Of a stretch of 64,000 nucleotides of DNA, positions 19,832-27,346 are shown piece by piece. The stretch covers positions 12,535 to 76,534 of the forward strand of contig CAMTUP010000005.1 of the NCBI GenBank assembly GCA_947084945.1. The letters run 5' to 3'. A model generated the notes under the pieces. It did no database searches and was not told the DNA's origin. It saw only the letters and a program-made list of their open reading frames with translations. The first letter of the stretch is position 1; every line of letters starts with the position of its first letter. The DNA comes from an uncultured Ignavibacteria bacterium. GTDB lineage: Bacteria > Bacteroidota > Ignavibacteria > Tepidaquicellales > OLB5. A program made the position numbers and the translations under genes.

Positions 19832-21003
19832 TAATTTTTTCTTAACGAAGCAACAAAGAACAATATAATCCCTGTCAGCATCAAAATTGAAAGTACAAAC
19901 AGATACAAAGTAAAATTTGCAATACCATTTACCTGAAACCAGATAACAAGTGCAGGGTAGAACAAGAGTATTTCACTTATTGTAAATGATATAAGGAAAA
20001 TATATGCACCATACTTCAGTAATTTGCTTTGGGAATTCAGCAGGTTATTGCCTGCAAACCAGCCAATTATTCCTGTTGAAATTATACCCAGCATCACCAA
20101 ATGTATAAACCCAATTGCGACATCCTTACTTAAGAAAGCTACATCACCGATTATTGGAAGAACTGAAAGTAACTGCATGATATATTTTACAAAAAGCGCA
20201 AAGAAACTGAACCTGAATAAGTTTTGAGCAAAACTGTTTTCAAGTTGGAATACCTTAATCTCATTAGCAAATAAAAGTTTATAGAGATACCTTAACCCTA
20301 TAAGCTGAATAAAAGCGCTCACAATACCAATAACCCTGATATAATCAGGAAGGTTAAAACCCAGTAAAGAAAGAACATAAGCTCCAAGATTTGAATAGAA
20401 CAAAAGCTGGAAAGCTATATTGGAAACTTTTTTATTGAATACAGCTCCCTTATTTTCGTAATACTTAAGCCAAAGCCCCGTAAGAATAAATATAAACCAG
20501 CCATTATACTGAAAATGCAGATAAAAATAAATCACCTGTTTATACAAGTCTGTTCCGGCAAGTCCTTTAATTACAACTGCAACAAGACCCCATGGACCCA
20601 GTGATGAAAGAAACAGAAAAAATATCCCCCCATAAATAAATTTCAATGAAAGTGTATCTTTTTTAAATACTGAAAGATCTTTCAGTACAAAGTATATAAA
20701 TGCGTATGAACAGAAAATATGCATTGTAGAAAATGTTATTGAAAACAATGCATACCCCTGCCAGAAAAAAGTAAACATCATACCAATAATTGATACCTGC
20801 GTTATCCAGAAAAGTATGTTGTACTTTTTTTGTTTAACCGGGTCATTTACATAAGTAAAAACTATTGCAATGTATAAAGCATTATAAAGCCAACCTAAGA
20901 TTGCAACGTGAGAGTGCGAGTGCAGTATGTTCTGGTAATTCAGAATATCAACAGGAAAAACGAACATTGAACGAAGAAAACTTCCTACTAAAGCAACAAT
21001 CAC
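19828..21003 (-). CDS. polytopic membrane protein with conserved intramembrane His (possibly NnrS-like)
   Basis: 391 aa, roughly 12 TM segments. LHSHSHVAILGW, YLHFQYNGW and GFIHLVMLG resemble the H-x-H-x4-G and H-x4-G patterns I recall from NnrS. The functional call is weak. Confidence 0.55.
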   Translation of the reverse strand: MIVALVGSFLRSMFVFPVDILNYQNILHSHSHVAILGWLYNALYIAIVFTYVNDPVKQKKYNILFWITQVSIIGMMFTFFWQGYALFSITFSTMHIFCSYAFIYFVLKDLSVFKKDTLSLKFIYGGIFFLFLSSLGPWGLVAVVIKGLAGTDLYKQVIYFYLHFQYNGWFIFILTGLWLKYYENKGAVFNKKVSNIAFQLLFYSNLGAYVLSLLGFNLPDYIRVIGIVSAFIQLIGLRYLYKLLFANEIKVFQLENSFAQNLFRFSFFALFVKYIMQLLSVLPIIGDVAFLSKDVAIGFIHLVMLGIISTGIIGWFAGNNLLNSQSKLLKYGAYIFLISFTISEILLFYPALVIWFQVNGIANFTLYLFVLSILMLTGIILFFVASLRKNY

Positions 21004-21077
21004 AAAGTAAAATAAAGAAATACTTATTTTTGATCTGATATTATTATTATTTGATTCGATATTAATATAGAATGATA

Positions 21078-21550
21078 TTAAGTTATTTCTAAAATACGCT
21101 TTTTTTTATTTACTTTCATCTGTTCAGGAATTACCTCTAAAATGCATTTTTTCAGAGCGTCTGCAAATTTTGTTCTTATAAATCCTTTATGAGTTACAAT
21201 ACTTATTTCCCTTGCAGGTTCAGGCGGCTTAAATGGTATAAGTCTTTTCCTGTCATTTTTATTAAAGTCCATTGCAGCAAGCTCAGGTATAATTGTCATA
21301 CCTCTGTTATTATCAACAATATTTTTAAGTGTTTCAATGCTGCCTGCTTCGTAATTTAATGTTCCGATAATATCTTTTTGCTTTTTAAGCTCACACAAAT
21401 TAAGAACCTGAGACCTCATACAATGCCCTTCTTCAAGCAGCCATAGCTCACTAAAATTAATATCCTTTGTTAGTATGTAATTTTTCCGTGTGATTAAGTT
21501 AGCCTCTGAAACATAAAGATAAAACTTTTCAAAGAACAGGATAATTTCAA
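21078..21550 (-). pseudogene. 5'-truncated LysR-family (OxyR-like) regulator remnant
   Basis: Only the C-terminal effector-domain half is present. The frame stays open upstream of the track ORF as ...ILFFEKFYLYVSEANLITRKNYILTKDINFSELWLLEEGHCMRSQV.... There is no HTH domain and no start codon. Homology stops next to the solo repeat at 21560-21574. Confidence 0.7.
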
Positions 21551-21559
21551 TATATAAAC

Positions 21560-21574
21560 AGACTTTTGTAGTCT
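21560..21574. repeat. family-B solo terminus (AGACTTTTGTAGTCT) at the LysR truncation point
   Basis: Exact 15-mer. No partner within 150 bp upstream. The right flank tttgaaaatatttatttatgc resembles the flank of copy 18096. Confidence 0.8.
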
Positions 21575-21799
21575 TTTGAAAATATTTATTTATGCTACCA
21601 ACATTTCACTATGAGCGGACATAAATCATATTTTAATATAACAAATATCATAGTTTATAGTTAATTGAAATGTTTATCTTTGTTTAATTGTAATAGTAGT
21701 TCTCAACTTAAACTAAATTAACACAGAAAAGTATTACAAAATGAAACTAACTAAAGTCAGGAAGTCAGGAAAAATATTAATACTGATTTCGCTTCTAGT

Positions 21800-21813
21800 C
21801 CCCCCCCCCCCCC
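21800..21813 (+). repeat. C14 homopolymer, candidate slipped-strand phase-variation tract
   Basis: 14 consecutive C in an AT-rich genome, 74 nt upstream of ATG 21888 and inside a short uORF starting at 21741. Confidence 0.9.
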
Positions 21814-21887
21814 GTAATATTTGCGCAATATGACTACACTCAAAACACACATAAACAACTGTCCACTTTTACGGAGAATGATATAGC

Positions 21888-22490
21888 ATGAGGCAAACCA
21901 TTAAATTATTTCTTACATTATTATTAATTATTTATATAAATAGTTCATGGATAACCTGCCAGACAAATATTCCATATCTAAGCAAAAATATACATAAGGA
22001 TTTAACATTAAATGAGTTTAAGTTAAAAACTTCAACAAACCCCTCAGGAAATTTTAATAAACCATTTTTTCATATTTTTAATGATAGTGCTATAAATAAA
22101 AAAACAGTATATGCCTCAATCGGCATAGGTATAAGTGTGCTCGGTGGACAATATACAACTGCATTAAACATTATCCCAGAGTTTCATCCACATTTTAAAC
22201 TTTCCGTTGGTTTCAGTATTTTTTTTACGACATCTTCTAATAGTTCAACAATGTTTTCACTCAATTTAACACCTTATTATGTAATTAAACTTAATAAGAA
22301 TTCTAATATTGATATTGGAACAGCTATAACATATTTAAATCGTAATATAATATTCACGCCTTCATTTAAATTCGATTCATTCGTTCAAGAAAATGTGAAA
22401 TTAGGAATTGAATTAAAATATCCAGTTTTATCAGGGTTAGATATTATCTTTCTTCCTTTTTTAATATTAAATTTAAGTTTTAGAATATGA
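21888..22490 (+). CDS. hypothetical secreted protein, probable small outer-membrane beta-barrel (paralog of 24152-24691)
   Basis: 200 aa. Signal peptide, alternating hydrophobic pattern, and C-terminus FLPFLILNLSFRI. Shares PYYVI, KFD..V and LGIELK blocks with the 179-aa protein. Confidence 0.5.
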   Translation: MRQTIKLFLTLLLIIYINSSWITCQTNIPYLSKNIHKDLTLNEFKLKTSTNPSGNFNKPFFHIFNDSAINKKTVYASIGIGISVLGGQYTTALNIIPEFHPHFKLSVGFSIFFTTSSNSSTMFSLNLTPYYVIKLNKNSNIDIGTAITYLNRNIIFTPSFKFDSFVQENVKLGIELKYPVLSGLDIIFLPFLILNLSFRI

Positions 22491-22620
22491 CAACATATGA
22501 AAGAGTTAGCATAGAAAATTTTAACTTATTGTTGTTGATAACATCAAAAAGAGGGGGAACTAGTAAAATTACTACAGGGACATTAAACTGATACCGATAA
22601 ATCAAGGACATACTATTAAA

Positions 22621-24102
22621 ATGAATTTCATCAGAAGTAACCTCTTTGGGCTGAAAGCCTTGTTTCTAAGGGAAAGTACAAACTCAAATCAATATAAAGC
22701 AGTCCCCGAGTACTCTCCAACGGAGTCCTTTGGACGGGGCTGCTTTATATTATTTCTTCTTTTGCTCGGCACATTTTCAATTAGATCACAATGGTTTTTA
22801 GAAACAAGGCTTGCAGGTGATAATGGATTGTTCCATTACATTTCGGTAGTTGATTCGGGTACAGTGTGGGTAGTGGGAGCAGCATGGACAGGTGATACTA
22901 ATATGATTTTCAGAAGGACAATCAATGGGATATGGAAAAGTGTGCCTACTTACGGAATCATTCCAAATCAGCAATTAAGCTGTATTGCGGGGATTGACTC
23001 ATTGACAGCATTTGTTGCTACAGGTTATAGCTATAATAATGGTAATTACCTGTATAAAACAACGAACGGGGGGGCTAATTGGTTTGTACAAATAAGTCTT
23101 TCAGGAAATTTAGGATATTTCAACGATATCAGATTTTCCCGAAAAAATCCTGCTTATGGTTATGCGTGGTGTGACCCGCTCTTGGGTAATGGCTCACCTT
23201 TAAAAATTTACAAGACAAGTAATTACGGAAACAATTGGTTGGAATATTCTGTTTTATTAGAGACAGACTATGTTGGATATTCATATTCAATGTGTGTAAC
23301 CGATTCCCTGCATGCCTGGTTTGGCTTGTTTAAAAGAGGCGGACCGCTCACCTATGCAAAAGTGCTTTATACGACTAATGGCGGTGCAAATTTTTTAATT
23401 TCTTCTCTTCCGCATTATGGGCAACAAGTGAGTACATTGGAATTCAAGTATGATAATAATTTTGGTTTTTCTACAAATCCTGATCAGTATTACTATTATT
23501 ATAAGTCAACAAACAAAGGCAGCACTTGGGTACAGCAATATTCACCACTTGGCTTCGGCTCTGCAGATCGTATAAAATGGATCCCAAATACTAACACGTG
23601 GTATGTTGCTTTTACAGATCCAGGATCCAACAACAGGATTTTCAAGACAACTAATGACGGCGCAAATTGGACTTCTATAAATTTACCAAATCAGCAAATC
23701 AGTAATATAATGGATATGGATTTAATATCATATAATAACAAAGTCATTGGATATGCTATAGGGCTTGGCGGAGAAATACTCAGATTAAACGATACGGCTA
23801 CAGTTATTGGGATACAGAATATTTCGTCTGAGATCCCCTCAAACTACAAGCTGTATCAAAATTTTCCCAATCCATTTAATCCAAAAACAATTATCAAATT
23901 CCAGATTCCAAATTCATCAGATTTGAAACTAATAATATTCGATGTTCTTGGACGTGAGGTTGTAACGCTGGTAAATGAAACATTAAATGCGGGGACTTAT
24001 GAAGTTGAATTTGATGGGACTAATCTACCTTCAGGTATATATTTGTATGTTATTAAGGCTGATAATTTTACAGATACAAAAAAGGGGATACTAATTAAAT
24101 AA
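22621..24102 (+). CDS. T9SS CTD protein with BNR/Ycf48-like beta-propeller
   Basis: 493 aa. Repeated TTNGG(A)NW / TSNYGNNW Asp-box-like motifs. The C-terminal LYQNFPNPFNPKT...GIYLYVIKADNFTDTKKGILIK is a T9SS sorting domain. The start is uncertain because about 40 residues precede the hydrophobic signal core. Confidence 0.8.
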   Translation: MNFIRSNLFGLKALFLRESTNSNQYKAVPEYSPTESFGRGCFILFLLLLGTFSIRSQWFLETRLAGDNGLFHYISVVDSGTVWVVGAAWTGDTNMIFRRTINGIWKSVPTYGIIPNQQLSCIAGIDSLTAFVATGYSYNNGNYLYKTTNGGANWFVQISLSGNLGYFNDIRFSRKNPAYGYAWCDPLLGNGSPLKIYKTSNYGNNWLEYSVLLETDYVGYSYSMCVTDSLHAWFGLFKRGGPLTYAKVLYTTNGGANFLISSLPHYGQQVSTLEFKYDNNFGFSTNPDQYYYYYKSTNKGSTWVQQYSPLGFGSADRIKWIPNTNTWYVAFTDPGSNNRIFKTTNDGANWTSINLPNQQISNIMDMDLISYNNKVIGYAIGLGGEILRLNDTATVIGIQNISSEIPSNYKLYQNFPNPFNPKTIIKFQIPNSSDLKLIIFDVLGREVVTLVNETLNAGTYEVEFDGTNLPSGIYLYVIKADNFTDTKKGILIK

Positions 24103-24151
24103 CTTTTTGGTTCATCCATTAGAATGAATCCACAATTAAATTTGAAAATCT

Positions 24152-24691
24152 ATGAAAAACTATAGAACAATAATCCTGACTGGTTGTTCAGTTATATTTA
24201 ACATAATCCTTTTTATTGCAAGTGTAAGCTACGCTCAACAACCGGATTTAAAGCTAAACCATAGTACATGGGATTTTAAACAAGATAGCACAAATAAACA
24301 TAAGAGCGGTATTCTTTTTTCAATGGGGGCTGGTCCTTCTATTATGCGTACTTCATTTGTTTTATCTCCGAGTATTACAGGTGAGATTCATGAACATTTT
24401 AATTTAACAACAGGTGTTGATTTTTATTTTAGACCCAAATATTCAAGTAATTTGTATGTAATTACTATAATACCTTATTATGTTTTAAGGACTTCAAATA
24501 GAACAATTTTTAAAATCGGTATTGGTGCGCAAGTTTACAATAGGGTCATTGGTCTTATGATATCCAGTAAATTTGATTTTGAAGTTTTTCATAATAATTA
24601 TTTGGGTGTTGAAATTAAGACATTTGTGAAAAGCCCAATAGAAGAAGGCCTGTTCCTGCCAATACTTTTAAATTATTCAATCAGATTATAG
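24152..24691 (+). CDS. hypothetical secreted protein, probable small outer-membrane beta-barrel (paralog of 21888-22490)
   Basis: 179 aa. Signal peptide ending SYAQQ. C-terminus FLPILLNYSIRL. Confidence 0.5.
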   Translation: MKNYRTIILTGCSVIFNIILFIASVSYAQQPDLKLNHSTWDFKQDSTNKHKSGILFSMGAGPSIMRTSFVLSPSITGEIHEHFNLTTGVDFYFRPKYSSNLYVITIIPYYVLRTSNRTIFKIGIGAQVYNRVIGLMISSKFDFEVFHNNYLGVEIKTFVKSPIEEGLFLPILLNYSIRL

Positions 24692-24993
24692 GATTGTAGA
24701 ACTTATTGCCCACTGAACTCAAAAACGAGTTCAACGACTTGAACTCAAAGACAAGTCAGGAAGACCAGGCTTACGAGCCAGGAAAACCATCAGTATCAAA
24801 ACCCCCGAATGTGATTAACGTAAGATATTATTTTATGAATAATTGTGGATTAATGAAAACTGAAGTTTGTACTCCCCCCTTTAAAAAAGGGGATTGGATT
24901 AGAGGAGTATAGGATTTTGATTTATGATTAGCAGAGCCCCTTATTAGTATTTTTTAACATAATAACTATAGGCTTAGGGGGTCTCTGCTAGAA

Positions 24994-25175
24994 CAAAAGC
25001 GGGACTTCGCTTCTATAAAAACTTCCGCAGTGTCCAATCCCGCTAAGCAGAAGTGCGGCCGTGCCTAAGGCAGGTGCAGACTGCTCCGAAGGAGTCCCTT
25101 CGGGACAAAAAGCGCAGAAAACGGAGACACTGCGGGTACAGTAAAATCGGAGACTCTGCGAGTACGAGGAAAAGT
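24994..25175 (+). repeat. family-C GC-rich composite element
   Basis: aaaagcgggact...caatcccgctaagcagaag...aaaaagcgcagaaaa...gagactctgcgagtacgagg. Shares AATCCCGCTAAGCA, GCGGGACTGC and AAGCGCA-AAA blocks with 39545-39690 and 60036-60135. Confidence 0.65.
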
Positions 25176-25183
25176 AATTAAAC

Positions 25184-25272
25184 AGACTACAAAAGTCTTA
25201 TTATGTATTGTAAATATAAGTCATTTAGAACCAATAATTAGTTAACAATAGATGAACAGACTTTTGTAGTCT
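25184..25272. repeat. family-B element, 89 bp
   Basis: Perfect 15-mers at 25184-25198 and 25258-25272. Confidence 0.85.
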
Positions 25273-25382
25273 TATGTTATTGCAGACACTGCGGTTGCGG
25301 AATTGTTAAGATTGGGTACTAAAGTCAGGAAGACAAGGCAAGCTGGAATGACAAAAAAATCAGGTATGACAATAGTAGAGTA

Positions 25383-27152
25383 TCAATTCAACATCTTCAT
25401 TTCAACTCTGCGGTTTTTTGCCGAGCCTTCTTCTGTGTTATTATCACCTATTGGAATAGCCTCGCCATATCCTTTTGCAATCAGTCTTCCGGGAATAATT
25501 CCTTTTGAACTTAAATAGCTAACAACACTTTCCGCTCTTTTTTGTGAGAGTGATAGATTATATTCATAACTGCCTTTTGAATCGGTATGGGCGGATATTT
25601 CTATTTTAACATTTGGGTTATCATTCAGGAATTTTATAACCCTGTCAAGCTCAACACCTGACTCGGTTTTAAGCTCTGACTTATCGAAATCAAAGTAAAT
25701 ATTATTCAGTACAATTGAAGCATTCTGAAGTGATTGTATAGATTTCAGAATAATATCTACATTCATTTCTCTGTACAAGCTTTCATTTAAAAGGTCAATT
25801 GAATTTGATACAGAATAATATCCATTTTTTTCAGCAAAATAAGAATATGAACTTCCAATGGGTAAAGTGATAATATAATCACCCGTTTGAGGGTCAGATG
25901 TTAGTGAACCAATGTTACTACCTTTAGAAAGGTTATACCATAATAGCGCAGCATCAATAGGAATATGATTTTCATCTGTTACCTTGCCTCTGATAGTTAC
26001 AACATTTTTTTCAGGCTGTGCCTCAGGTGGAAGTTTAATTGAATATATATCATAGCCGCCTTTGCCTCCATCCCTATCAGAAGAAAAGTAAGCATTCTTT
26101 CCATCAGTTGAAATTTTATAAGCAACATCATAACCTGCTGTATTTATTTCTTTGCCAAGATTCACAGGTTCACTCCACTCAGTCCATAATGTATCGCTTA
26201 ACCTAACGGATTTAAAAACATCAAGGCTGCCAAGTCCATAATGCCCATCGGAAGAAAAATAAAGAGTCTTGCCATCGGGATGAAGAAATGGAGAGCGTTC
26301 TGCATAAGGGGTATTGATAGTTGTACCAATATTTATTGGTTTGCCCCATACTGAATCATTTTTCACTGAAACCCAAATATCTGTATTGCCTTCATACTCA
26401 CCATGATAAAATTGACCACCTTTAACAAAATCACCAACACCGCCTTTTCTATCAGAAGTAAAAAAGAAAGCTTTGCCATCAGCGGTTAAGTAGCCATCGC
26501 AATCCCAATACTCTGAATTCACAGGTCTTGGGAAGGGTTTAATTTCGCTCCATCCGGTTGCAGTTTTCTGTGCATAGAAATTATCTCCGCCTCCAATATA
26601 TCCTTTATAACTTCCAAATAATACTATTGTATTCCCATCGGCTGAAACGCTATTGATAGCATCATTTTCTTTTGTGCTAAATGGTGCGCCCAAATTTTTT
26701 GGTTTTATCCATATATTGCCAATCAATTGAGAGTAATAAATATCTTCCCCGCCTTTTTTGCCATCAGCAAAAGTGAAATACATTTTCAATCCATCAATTG
26801 ATAATATAGGAAAATATTCACTTTTTTTTGTATTAATAGTTTCAAGGTTAGTAATTTCAAGGTTTTGCAATGGAACATTTAGTATCTCAATAATTTTATC
26901 AGTTCTATGAACATTTTCAATGAACCACTCGCGGTATTCAGATAATATATTTATAGCGTTTTGCCAGTCTTTTTTATCAATATATGGTTTTGCAAGCCGT
27001 AACAAAGCAACAAATGCATCTTCCTGCGGTGCGGTTGCATAGATGTACTGTTTTAATTCCTCGGGAGATTTAATTGTTTCAAGATCACGCTGTGCAAGCA
27101 ATGATAATGTATTAAGGGAAATAAAAAGTAGTATAGATAAAAGACGAATCAT
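25383..27152 (-). CDS. OmpA-family protein with TolB-like (PD40) repeats
   Basis: 589 aa. Signal peptide, repeated E-x-x-P-x-x-S-x-DG-K-x-x-Y/FF PD40 units, and a C-terminal OmpA domain (NIYFDFDKSEL...NRRVEMK). Confidence 0.85.
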   Translation of the reverse strand: MIRLLSILLFISLNTLSLLAQRDLETIKSPEELKQYIYATAPQEDAFVALLRLAKPYIDKKDWQNAINILSEYREWFIENVHRTDKIIEILNVPLQNLEITNLETINTKKSEYFPILSIDGLKMYFTFADGKKGGEDIYYSQLIGNIWIKPKNLGAPFSTKENDAINSVSADGNTIVLFGSYKGYIGGGDNFYAQKTATGWSEIKPFPRPVNSEYWDCDGYLTADGKAFFFTSDRKGGVGDFVKGGQFYHGEYEGNTDIWVSVKNDSVWGKPINIGTTINTPYAERSPFLHPDGKTLYFSSDGHYGLGSLDVFKSVRLSDTLWTEWSEPVNLGKEINTAGYDVAYKISTDGKNAYFSSDRDGGKGGYDIYSIKLPPEAQPEKNVVTIRGKVTDENHIPIDAALLWYNLSKGSNIGSLTSDPQTGDYIITLPIGSSYSYFAEKNGYYSVSNSIDLLNESLYREMNVDIILKSIQSLQNASIVLNNIYFDFDKSELKTESGVELDRVIKFLNDNPNVKIEISAHTDSKGSYEYNLSLSQKRAESVVSYLSSKGIIPGRLIAKGYGEAIPIGDNNTEEGSAKNRRVEMKMLN

Positions 27153-27346
27153 AAATATAGATATTAATTGTAATTAACAATTACAACAAAGATACACGTT
27201 TCACGAAAAGAGTATCTTTAAAGTAATAAATAATAATAATATTCCGGTACATACTTAATTAATTGCATAATTATATTCGTGGAATGAGTTAAATATTTTA
27301 GACAATAATATTTTGCTTAAAGAAAAAATACCAGTTTGTAGCAGGA

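Noticed and set aside
24706-25518. Track ORFs 24706-24912 (68 aa) and 25303-25518 (71 aa)
   Set aside because: Both are assembled from intergenic repeat modules (hairpins, ATGACAA tails). The second also runs antisense into the OmpA gene end. No start context or motif supports either.
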